Assembly (NCBI GenBank): GCA_001643675.2 | Contig: LSRY02000062.1 | Coordinates: forward strand, 62,001 to 126,000 | Length of the DNA: 64,000 nucleotides | Reading direction: 5' to 3' | Source: Monocercomonoides exilis PA203 | Lineage: Eukaryota > Protista > Preaxostyla | The notes under the pieces: generated by a model | Database searches by the model: none | What the model was told of the DNA's origin: nothing | The model's input: only the letters and a program-made list of their open reading frames with translations | In this document: piece by piece, positions 13,799 to 25,061 of the stretch | Numbering within the stretch: the stretch's first letter is position 1 | Layout of the letters: every line of letters begins with the position of its first letter | Made by a program: the position numbers and the translations under genes

Positions 13799-16700
13799 AT
13801 GATAGGGCAGCGCAACGCACTGGACACCCAGGTTGTGACAGCGATTTCGCGGCAATCGGGGGCGCAAATCTCGGAAGAGATACAAAATATCATTTCGACC
13901 TCCGACAGGGAGATAAAGAAGATCTGTGCGGAGCACTTCGAGGTGTGTGCGGGCTGTTTTTGTGTGCTTTTTCGAACGACCCCCTTTTGAAACGGGGTGC
14001 TTTGCGGTTTTCAGGAGTTTATAAGCTGCTGCCACGAAGTGATAAAAATCAAAGAGGAGATTGAGGACATCACGGCAGAAATCAAAAACGAAGAAAAATG
14101 TGTGGGGCGGTTTGCGTCGGGGATGATCAAGCCGGTATTGTGCTTCAAAGATTTTTTATTTCATTTTGTCATTTTATTTTATTTTATTTTATTTTATTTT
14201 ATTTTATTTTATTTTATTTTATTTTATTTTATTATTAACTGCTTTGGCGCGGCAAATGTGGCTGGGAAGATTGAGTCGCGGCAAAGGCATCTGCGGGCGA
14301 TTGAGCATGTGGACAGCACGATAGGGACGATAAACGAGTGCCTGTCGCTGCTGGACGAGTATGGGCTGCTGCTGAAGCTGCTGGACCAGAAGCGGTTCTT
14401 CGAGTCGCTGAAGTCGATCTACCGGCTGAAGCGGGTGCACTGTGCGCCGCTGCGGTCGGCGTTTGCGTTTGTGGCGCACATCGACGGGACGCTGGACCAG
14501 CTGTCGCAGTCGATCCACCACTGGTCGCTGCTGTCGCTGCACTCGTGGCTGACGGAGGTGCGTGTGAAGCACTACGAGGTGGGGCTGGCGGCGATGGCGG
14601 AAGAGGCGCTGGAGTGGGAGGATGCGGCGGTGCTTGTGATGGAGGAGGCGGAGAAGCGGTTTTCTGGGGTGGAGCTGGAGCAGCTGAGCCGGCGGCGGAT
14701 GACGCTGTTTGAGTTTGTGGGGCTGGACTTCAATGCGGTGCTGCAGTGGGATGCGATCCACACGCACTTTGAGGAGCTGGCGGAGGAGGAGCGTGGCGCG
14801 GGGGGCGAGAGGGGAGACGGGGAAAGCCGGGGGGGCGGGGGCGGAGGGGCAGGAGGGAAAGGGGCGGGAGGAGGCAGCGGGGCTGAGCGGGAGGGGGAGG
14901 AGGCGAACCCGTTTGTGGAGAACCGGCGGTTCCAGGCGAAAAACGACCTGCGGGTGGCAACGTGGTTTCCACATGCGCCGCTGCAAAGGGGAGTTATTCG
15001 CAGACTTCATCATCATCATCATCACAGTCATCTTCATCATCATCATCTTCCTCTATTTCTTCTTCTTCATCATTTGCTGGTGGTGCTTGTGGTTCAGAGG
15101 ATGAGGTGCCGTTTCTGCAGTTTGTGGGGAAGCTTGTGGAGTTCCTGGCGACGGTGCTGGGGTTCTTCATGGTGGAGAACAAAGTGTCGTCGCTGCTGAA
15201 CTCGCCGTCGCATCGGTCGCATGCGATGGCGGCGATTGAGGTGGAGGACAAATGGGACGACACGATCAACACGCTGAAGCAGGTGCTTGCGTCGGAGATG
15301 TTTGAAGTGCTGCCGAACCGGCGGCAGCTGCTGGGGTCGCGATTTGGGGATGGGGAAAAGAGGCCGAGCAATTCGTCAGCTTCTTCTTCGTCATCGTCGT
15401 CATCATCATCATCATCGACATCATCAGATCCAAATGCGGATGATGAGACAGTGTGTGTGGACGAAGGGGAGGAGGTGTTTGCAGATGTGATTGCAGAGCC
15501 GGAGGGGCTGAACGACCGGTTCAGCAAGATTGTGTTTGCGAAGGAGGCGGTGGAGGTGTTTTCGACGTGTGCGGCGAAGCTGCACTACAACACGAGTGTG
15601 CTGGACGACTGGCTGCACGGGTCGCATGTGCTGTTCATCCGGACGCTGCATCCGATCTATGTGTCGCGGGTGAAGACGGTGCTGTGGTCGAGCCGGTTTG
15701 AGCGGGTGTATGTGGCGACGGGGGGAGGAGCTGGAGGCGGTGGTGGGGATGCATCTGACGAAGGCGCAGCTGATGCTGTGCCACCAGCACCAGATAGGGA
15801 TGCAGTACAACTGCCTGGCGAGGGAGGATGGGGCAGACGGGGCAGACGGAGTGGATGGGGCAGGGGTGTGCGCAATGGGGGCAGCGAGGGAGAAAGGGGG
15901 AGGAAGGGGAAGGGGCAGTGTTTGTGCCGTCGTCGGGGCAGACGCTGGTGGGGAGCCGGAGCCAAAGGCAGGGGATCCACCGGGAGGCAGACGCGCTGGT
16001 TGCGCTGGCCACAGGGAGCGAGGGGTCGGAGATATCGCCGCTGCTGCTGCCGCGGTCGCTGCCGGCGGTGTTTCTGTTCTCGTTCATCCCGCAGACGCTG
16101 CTAATCCTGTTCAAGCAGTACGAGTCGTTTGTGCTGCAGTACAACCCGGATCTGAAGGAGTCGCCGGAGGTTGTGCGGGGCGCGCTGGACAAGCTGATTG
16201 ACGAGGGGGTGGTGCCGGCGTTCACGGGGCTGGCGAGCAGGCAGTCGATGGAGCTGCCGCAGATGGCGCAGCTGGTGGTGGACATCCTGATATTCCGGGA
16301 CTCGCTCACGTACATCGAGGAGGATGTGATCTCGCAGTGCAAGCCGGCGTCGTCGTCGCTGATTGCGTCGGCGGCGGCAGCAGCAGCGACAGCATCGACT
16401 TACTCCATCGGCACGCTCACGCTCACGTCAGCTGCACTTGCTCAATCGTCGATATCATCATCTTCATCATCTTCATCATCTTCCTCGTCTTCATCCAAGT
16501 TCTCGTCGTCTTCGTTTGCAGCCGGGTCGTCAGCAGCAGCGGCAGTGCTGTCGGCGCAGCAGTTCCGGCTGAGCCACCGAAGCCATCTGACCGATGCAGC
16601 GAACCGGATTATGCAGAAGATGACGCTGCGGCTGACGTCAAAAGTGATCTGCCTGATTGAGAACCAGTGTCCGATCAGCTGGATGGGAGATGGAGACGGG

Positions 16701-17304
16701 GCGTATGGAAAGAAGCTGGAGTCGTTTGGATCGTCTTTCTCAGTGTTTCTGGCGAACACGATTGTGCCGTCTCTGGCAGTGCTGCCAGCGCGCAAGATCA
16801 TTGAATCGTGGCTGCACTGCATAGCAGCTGTGGAGAACCACTTTGTTGTATGCTATTTTGTCTGAATTGTTTGTTTATTTTGTTTGTTTATTTTGTTTGT
16901 TTATTTTTTGTGTCCTTTGTGACATGTGATGGATTTTGTTGCAGGAGCGGCTGGGAGATCCAAAGCTGAAGGAGTTCAATGCGGGCGGGCTTGTTGCGCT
17001 GGACAAGCTGCTGAAGGAGTTTGGGGGCACAGTGAATGCCGAGTATCCGAGTCTGTCGGCAGCGTTTCCGACGCTGGGGACGCTTCTGGACATTGTGCTG
17101 CGGTCAGGCTGGGCAAACATGGCAGCCGTTCCATTTGTCCGTGCAGATGCTGCGGGGCGGCTGGTGGCTGTGGACCGAAAGAAGATGGGGCGAATGCTGG
17201 AGAAATACCGCGAGCCGAAGCTGCTGGATGCAGGGAAGATCGAAGGGCACAAGCTGCCGAAGAGGAAGGACATCCAGATGGCCATCAAAGAGATGCAGAA
17301 GTGA
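13799..17304 (+). CDS. SEC15: Exocyst complex component Sec15/EXOC6, left-arm copy (introns ~13943-14014, 14135-14269, 16848-16944; apparent homopolymer frameshifts)
   Basis: Spliced product DREIKKICAEHFE|EFISCCHEVIKIK...CLSLLDEY..LLDQKRFFESLKSI..L...LHSWLTEVR....VGLAAM, LDFNAVL, ENRRFQAK, VLGFFMVENKV and KEFNAGGL match Sec15 N-terminal and core motifs. Start codon is uncertain. Confidence 0.85.
14171..14230 (+). repeat. (ATTTT)12 microsatellite in SEC15 intron 2
   Basis: Direct reading. Confidence 0.95.
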
Positions 17305-17993
17305 ACGAGGTGCCTGGTTTATGAGACAGCTTGGAGCAACAAAGCCTTTCTCTTCAGAAAGTGGATTGGGGAATGAAGAGATTGGTGGTTTTATCAGCAG
17401 CATTGCGAGCATATATATTTCAGGCAGCAAAGGATAATTTCAGAGACAGCCACATTCAATACACTGATTTTTTTCAGAATAGCATGGAAAAACGGAATTG
17501 TGAAGGTTGATGGCTTGTTGAAAGGAGGAGCTGCTGATCTTTTTTTTAGAGGCGATTCAGCAAACAACTTTGGAAGATGGGATTGCATGGGGCTATTTGA
17601 ACTTCTTTTTGAGTATTTCAGAAAGACTGAGAAAAAGACTGACTGAGAAGCTGGCGAAACGAAAAGAGAGGAAGCAAAAAAGAGTAATAAGAAATTATGA
17701 AAGAAGTCGATTGAAAAGAAGATAAGTTGACTTGCTTTAGAGTTGCAAATTTTTGTTTCAGAATTTTTTTTTGTTATTGATGAGTAAATAGAAAAATTGT
17801 GATAGATTATTTTTGTTTATTTTTTAAATCTTTAACCAATATCTTTTCTTTTAAAGTTGTAACAAAAAAATTATGTTTTTCTATTTTTATCATTTCATAG
17901 AAAAGAAAAAAACAATTAGGGTCATCTTTTTATTGGCACTTTTTTCTAAATTGGCACAAAAATTTTTTGAAATGAAAAAAAGTTAAAAACACA

Positions 17994-19537
17994 TCAAAAA
18001 AACGCAAAACTCGAATCAATTACTCTTCTAACTTTTCTTTTTCCATTTTCACGTTCAAAGGGGTCAAATTCATCACTTGTTTCATCGTCATCATTCTGAA
18101 TTTTTCTGAATTTCCTTTTCACTTTTTTCTCCAAAGGCAATTCTTCTTCTTCAATTTCCTTTTCTTTTTCTTCTATTTCTTCAACTTTCATCGTGTGATT
18201 TTCATTATATTCATCTCATTCATCAAGAAGCTTTTCTTTTGTTATTTCTTTTCCGAAGAAGTCGAAACTATGTGAATGAGAAGGAATGAAGTATTGAGAA
18301 GACTGGGGAAGCTCCATAAGAACCGATCCAGATCCATTGCTGAGGACTCCGCTGTTAACGAAGGCTTTTTTGATCACCGATGGGGTGAATGTTGCGTGAA
18401 TGACTTGTGACAACACATCCGAAGGGTTGTTCTTTTTGAAGATGAGGAGGTGGATGATGGAGAGCTGTAATTGTTTGAAAGTACCGACTTCAACACTGCA
18501 AATATACCTCTGTCCAGCGGCTGAGATATATGTGTAGGATGAGGAACGAAGGTGATTACGTCTATTTCGGATTCCTTTAAATGTCTCCATACAGATGGAT
18601 CTGCGCGCGATGAGTACGAATATAGGAGAAGAAGGCAATGATGAGATTCTTTTAGAATTCGCTTTCTTCTGTCAATGATAGATGGAAGAAGGACTGTTAA
18701 GGCGTATATTTTGAATGCTGTTTTGTCCATCCAGCCGTTTGTGTTTGGCCAAATGTCAAGCAACGGCGTTAACAGTGTTGTCAGTTCTTTCGGAAGAGTT
18801 GCGCTCGGCCACAGCACGACAGACGGAAGCGAGAAGCCATCAGCAGCGATTCCAGCAACGAAAGTGGCATTCGGCATCCTTTCGGCAGTCTTTTTGAATC
18901 CAGATTGTTCATCTACGGGATGAACAACAATGCCACGTGTAGAAGTTGGAATGCGAAGCGAAGATTCTTCGATATTGAGGATTAATTCCTCTGGATATTT
19001 GTTTTCATCGTGTAATGCTTGTAATTCTGTGTATCACGGCCTTTGGACTTTCAGACAAGATGCTGCAAATCGGAAAATATCAACTTTCTTTGGCAGCGAT
19101 GACTTCAATTCAGGATGGCGCTTTATGAATGTGTGAACTGTCTTCAGAGTTACTGTCTTTTTCTTCTTTTCTTCTTTTTCTCCTTCTTCTTCACTATCGT
19201 TAATTATATTTTCCATCTAAATACAAATTAATATACAATTCAAATATCAATTGCAAACCAGATCGCGCGCTTTTCGTAACAAGAGGCTTGTCCCAGATCT
19301 GAATTCTATTGTTATTTCTTCCAAGAATTGCTTTTCTTTTTCGCAGCTAATAATTGGTGGGTGTACAACTTTTGCAATAGGCCTGCCGTTTTTTTATAGT
19401 TTTTACAGCGTGCTCCAAAGATTTTTTGCTAATTCCACCATTTCTTCCCCGTTGACCAACCTGACAACATTGTCATTCACAATGTGTGCAATCCTTTCCA
19501 ATCTTGTTTCATATTTTCTGTAACGTAATGTGGACAT
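17994..19537 (-). pseudogene. pogo-like transposase, frameshifted and catalytically mutated
   Basis: CENP-B/Tc5 HTH-like LLRKARDL...VHTFIKRHPEL; DDE_1 motifs NGWMD..F, LLLLYSYSSR (D->Y) and VPHPTHISQPLDRGIF; stops and frameshifts; 42-nt GT-AG intron 19217-19258. Confidence 0.88.
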
Positions 19538-19812
19538 TGCTTCCTTCAGCCGCTTCAACTTTCTTCTTCACTAGAAATTTCATATATGTATTATGGGTAA
19601 TGATCATTAATATATTTTGGAATTTATTAATTCTCATTAAAGGATTTTAAATTAATATTTAAAATTTTGAATGAATAAGAAATATTTAAAAACCTTTGTG
19701 CAGCCCAATTTCTCATGAAAGCTTAATGGAAGGACTTGCATCCTCCCATTTCCGCCCCATGAGAAATTGGATTTCTTTCAAAATTCAAATATAAGAATAC
19801 TTGACATATGTA

Positions 19813-20076
19813 TATGGGTGATTATTTTTGAAATCATAACTTTTTTCGGAGCGTTGATTTTTAAAATGTCATATTTCTTTGGAGAGGAATTATATATTCG
19901 AAAGAAAAAAAATCATGGAATATTTAAAAAAAAATAAATGCTTGATATTTCAATCATGTTGAAATTATTTTGAAAGGATGAACAACTTTTCAGTGTTCAT
20001 TTGTCAAAATTCAAAGTGAATTCCCAAACCGAAATTTTTATAAGAAAAAATATGAATTCAAAAATAATCACCCATA
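19813..20076. mobile_element. Putative MITE nested in the pogo 5' region
   Basis: ~26-bp IR TATGGGTGATTATTTTTGAA(A/T)TCATA at both ends, flanked by TA; AT-rich non-coding interior. Confidence 0.6.
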
Positions 20077-21548
20077 TATACCAATAATATTTTTTAAAAT
20101 ATCATTTGTGTGTCAGATTAATTTTTATTAAAAAAAAAAGTGCCAATCAAGAAAAAAGTGCCAATAAAGAAAAAAGTGCCAATAAAAAGATGACCCTATT
20201 TGAAGAATTTTAATAAATGTTATTGCTTATTACAAAAAATGAAAAATGAAAATTCTTTTCTATTTTCCATATCAAGAATCTTCGTTGAAGGAATTATTGT
20301 TCACCATCTTCTTCAACAAGGTTCAATTTTTAACAATTTGAACAATATTTTTTGCTTTATGAATTTTGTTTCATGCAATCTTTTCAAACATTTTCCTCAT
20401 TTTTGAAAAATTTCTGTTTTATAATTGAATGAGGATGAAAGATTAAGAATAAAAGATTGCAGAAAAGGTTTGAAATAAATCAGTGTTTTTTTCATAAATG
20501 CAAGAATATTGCCCCATGTGTTCAATTATTCAGTTATCCCCTCTTGAGGCACTTGATGTTCTCTGCTTATCCTCTTTCAAACTGCATTTTCAATGAATTC
20601 AAGATGGAAAAGGAGTAGAATGAAATGAAATTTCTGGAAAAGTCTGAGAAAGATATTAAGAAAAAGCATGATAATGTTTTTCAAAACCATATTGAGAAAA
20701 AAAGTTTATCTAGATTGAATTTCCTCCCTCTCTATTTCTTTCTCTTTCGCTTTGGAACCTTTTATTGAAGTTCCTCCAATTATTGTTCATTGCTATTCAC
20801 TTCCATTCTGTTCATCTTTTGAATGGTATTGAATTTCAATTAATCTGAATTGTATGTTGTCTTTCATGTAGAAATAGAATGAAGAAGAAAAGGATGATCA
20901 CAATCGGTGAAATGGAGAAAGATGCTGTGTGAATGTTTGAATGAATGAGGAAGAATGCGTGAGTGAAGTGGAAGATGAAAATGAGATGAATGAATGAGAT
21001 GAATGATTAACATGCGAATTTTGTTGAATATACTTTATTTACCCCAAATATAATGCTTTTGAATGAAATTTTTTCTCTTCTCTTTTATCTTCTTTAATAA
21101 TAAAATCATTTCTTTTTCTCATCATCTTTCGTTATTATCCTTCCTCTTCTGCCATCTTTAAAGATAACTCCATTTTTGTTGCCTCTCTTTTCGTTTCGCC
21201 AGCTTCTCAGTCAGTCTTTTTCTCAGTCTTTCTGAAATACTCAAAAAGAAGTTCAAATAGCCCCATGCAATCCCATCTTCCAAAGTTGTTTGCTGAATCG
21301 CCTCTAAAAAAAAGATCAGCAGCTCCTCCTTTCAACAAGCCATCAACCTTCACAATTCCGTTTTTCCATGCTATTCTGAAAAAAATCAGTGTATTGAATG
21401 TGGCTGTCTCTGAAATTATCCTTTGCTGCCTGAAATATATATGCTCGCAATGCTGCTGATAAAACCACCAATCTCTTCATTCCCCAATCCACTTTCTGAA
21501 GAGAAAGGCTTTGTTGCTCCAAGCTGTCTCATAAACCAGGCACCTCGT

Positions 21549-24500
21549 TCACTTCTGCATCTCTTTGATGGCCATCTGGATGTCCTTCCTCTTCGGCAGC
21601 TTGTGCCCTTCGATCTTCCCTGCATCCAGCAGCTTCGGCTCGCGGTATTTCTCCAGCATTCGCCCCATCTTCTTTCGGTCCACAGCCACCAGCCGCCCCG
21701 CAGCATCTGCACGGACAAATGGAACGGCTGCCATGTTTGCCCAGCCTGACCGCAGCACAATGTCCAGAAGCGTCCCCAGCGTCGGAAACGCTGCCGACAG
21801 ACTCGGATACTCGGCATTCACTGTGCCCCCAAACTCCTTCAGCAGCTTGTCCAGCGCAACAAGCCCGCCCGCATTGAACTCCTTCAGCTTTGGATCTCCC
21901 AGCCGCTCCTGCAACAAAATCCATCACATGTCACAAAGGACACAAAAAATAAACAAACAAAATAAACAAACAAAATAAACAAACAATTCAGACAAAATAG
22001 CATACAACAAAGTGGTTCTCCACAGCTGCTATGCAGTGCAGCCACGATTCAATGATCTTGCGCGCTGGCAGCACTGCCAGAGACGGCACAATCGTGTTCG
22101 CCAGAAACACTGAGAAAGACGATCCAAACGACTCCAGCTTCTTTCCATACGCCCCGTCTCCATCTCCCATCCAGCTGATCGGACACTGGTTCTCAATCAG
22201 GCAGATCACTTTTGACGTCAGCCGCAGCGTCATCTTCTGCATAATCCGGTTCGCTGCATCGGTCAGATGGCTTCGGTGGCTCAGCCGGAACTGCTGCGCC
22301 GACAGCACTGCCGCTGCTGCTGACGACCCGGCTGCAAACGAAGACGACGAGAACTTGGATGAAGACGAGGAAGATGATGAAGATGATGAAGATGATGATA
22401 TCGACGATTGAGCAAGTGCAGCTGACGTGAGCGTGAGCGTGCCGATGGAGTAAGTCGATGCTGTCGCTGCTGCTGCCGCCGCCGACGCAATCAGCGACGA
22501 CGACGCCGGCTTGCACTGCGAGATCACATCCTCCTCGATGTACGTGAGCGAGTCCCGGAATATCAGGATGTCCACCACCAGCTGCGCCATCTGCGGCAGC
22601 TCCATCGACTGCCTGCTCGCCAGCCCCGTGAACGCCGGCACCACCCCCTCGTCAATCAGCTTGTCCAGCGCGCCCCGCACAACCTCCGGCGACTCCTTCA
22701 GATCCGGGTTGTACTGCAGCACAAACGACTCGTACTGCTTGAACAGGATTAGCAGCGTCTGCGGGATGAACGAGAACAGAAACACCGCCGGCAGCGACCG
22801 CGGCAGCAGCAGCGGCGATATCTCCGACCCCTCGCTCCCTGTGGCCAGCGCAACCAGCGCGTCTGCCTCCCGGTGGATCCCCTGCCTTTGGCTCCGGCTC
22901 CCCACCAGCGTCTGCCCCGACGACGGCACAAACACTGCCCCTTCCCCTTCCTCCCCCCTTTCTCCCTCGCTGCCCCCATTGCGCACACCCCCTGCCCCAT
23001 CCACTCCGTCTGCCCCGTCTGCCCCATCCTCCCTCGCCAGGCAGTTGTACTGCATCCCTATCTGGTGCTGGTGGCACAGCATCAGCTGCGCCTTCGTCAG
23101 ATGCATCCCCACCACCGCCTCCAGCTCCTCCCCCGTCGCCACATACACCCGCTCAAACCGGCTCGACCACAGCACCGTCTTCACCCGCGACACATAGATC
23201 GGATGCAGCGTCCGGATGAACAGCACATGCGACCCGTGCAGCCAGTCGTCCAGCACACTCGTGTTGTAGTGCAGCTTCGCCGCACACGTCGAAAACACCT
23301 CCACCGCCTCCTTCGCAAACACAATCTTGCTGAACCGGTCGTTCAGCCCCTCCGGCTCTGCAATCACATCTGCAAACACCTCCTCCCCTTCGTCCACACA
23401 CACTGTCTCATCATCCGCATTTGGATCTGATGATGTCGATGATGATGATGATGACGACGATGACGAAGAAGAAGCTGACGAATTGCTCGGCCTCTTTTCC
23501 CCATCCCCAAATCGCGACCCCAGCAGCTGCCGCCGGTTCGGCAGCACTTCAAACATCTCCGACGCAAGCACCTGCTTCAGCGTGTTGATCGTGTCGTCCC
23601 ATTTGTCCTCCACCTCAATCGCCGCCATCGCATGCGACCGATGCGACGGCGAGTTCAGCAGCGACGACACTTTGTTCTCCACCATGAAGAACCCCAGCAC
23701 CGTCGCCAGGAACTCCACAAGCTTCCCCACAAACTGCAGAAACGGCACCTCATCCTCTGAACCACAAGCACCACCAGCAAATGATGAAGAAGAAGAAATA
23801 GAGGAAGATGATGATGATGAAGATGACTGTGATGATGATGATGATGAAGTCTGCGAATAACTCCCCTTTTGCAGCGGCGCATGTGGAAACCACGTTGCCA
23901 CCCGCAGGTCGTTTTTCGCCTGGAACCGCCGGTTCTCCACAAACGGGTTCGCCTCCTCCCCCTCCCGCTCAGCCCCGCTGCCTCCTCCCGCCCCTTTCCC
24001 TCCTGCCCCTCCGCCCCCGCCCCGCCGGCTTTCCCCGTCTCCCCTCTCGCCCCCCGCGCCACGCTCCTCCTCCGCCAGCTCCTCAAAGTGCGTGTGGATC
24101 GCATCCCACTGCAGCACCGCATTGAAGTCCAGCCCCACAAACTCAAACAGCGTCATCCGCCGCCGGCTCAGCTGCTCCAGCTCCACCCCAGAAAACCGCT
24201 TCTCCGCCTCCTCCATCACAAGCACCGCCGCATCCTCCCACTCCAGCGCCTCTTCCGCCATCGCCGCCAGCCCCACCTCGTAGTGCTTCACACGCACCTC
24301 CGTCAGCCACGAGTGCAGCGACAGCAGCGACCAGTGGTGGATCGACTGCGACAGCTGGTCCAGCGTCCCGTCGATGTGCGCCACAAACGCAAACGCCGAC
24401 CGCAGCGGCGCACAGTGCACCCGCTTCAGCCGGTAGATCGACTTCAGCGACTCGAAGAACCGCTTCTGGTCCAGCAGCTTCAGCAGCAGCCCATACTCGT

Positions 24501-25061
24501 CCAGCAGCGACAGGCACTCGTTTATCGTCCCTATCGTGCTGTCCACATGCTCAATCGCCCGCAGATGCCTTTGCCGCGACTCAATCTTCCCAGCCACATT
24601 TGCCGCGCCAAAGCAGTTAATAATAAAATAAAATAAAATAAAATAAAATAAAATAAAATAAAATAAAATAAAATAAAATAAAATAAAATGACAAAATGAA
24701 ATAAAAAATCTTTGAAGCACAATACCGGCTTGATCATCCCCGACGCAAACCGCCCCACACATTTTTCTTCGTTTTTGATTTCTGCCGTGATGTCCTCAAT
24801 CTCCTCTTTGATTTTTATCACTTCGTGGCAGCAGCTTATAAACTCCTGAAAACCGCAAAGCACCCCGTTTCAAAAGGGGGTCGTTCGAAAAAGCACACAA
24901 AAACAGCCCGCACACACCTCGAAGTGCTCCGCACAGATCTTCTTTATCTCCCTGTCGGAGGTCGAAATGATATTTTGTATCTCTTCCGAGATTTGCGCCC
25001 CCGATTGCCGCGAAATCGCTGTCACAACCTGGGTGTCCAGTGCGTTGCGCTGCCCTATCAT
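21549..25061 (-). CDS. SEC15: Exocyst complex component Sec15/EXOC6, right-arm copy (main exon intact)
   Basis: ORF 21988..24762 is uninterrupted, plus exons in ORFs 24870..25079, 24531..24863 and 21549..21917; Sec15 motifs as above. Confidence 0.88.
24625..24689 (-). repeat. (ATTTT)13 microsatellite in SEC15 intron 2, right copy
   Basis: Direct reading; one unit longer than the left copy. Confidence 0.93.

Larger units (their letters stand above)
1..17671. repeat. Left arm of giant inverted repeat (palindrome); probably continues beyond the window start
   Basis: Every ORF in 1-17.6 kb has a mirror ORF on the opposite strand (1..363+ vs 38504..38866-; 17394..17588- vs 21265..21459+). Identity ends after GAAAAGAGAGG at 17671. 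Confidence 0.97.
17919..20196 (-). mobile_element. pogo/Tigger-like (Tc1/mariner superfamily, DDE_1) DNA transposon, full length
   Basis: 29-bp TIR GGGTCATCTTTTTATTGGCACTTTTTTCT at 17919 and its reverse complement ending at 20196, TA on both sides (17917-18, 20197-98), subterminal ATTGGCAC repeats and an internal DDE_1 transposase. Confidence 0.93.

Noticed and set aside
13799-17304. Left SEC15 and left kinase copies as true pseudogenes, or programmed frameshifting
   Set aside because: The breaks I checked are homopolymer length differences and are intact in the mirror copy; sequencing error is the simpler explanation
17672-17918. Pogo termini as the palindrome breakpoints
   Set aside because: Arms end 247 bp and ~985 bp away from the TIRs, so direct alternative transposition at the ends is not shown
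20199-21181. Coding-like Lys/Glu-rich stretches in the spacer
   Set aside because: Multiple stops in all frames and no recognisable family; cannot be called
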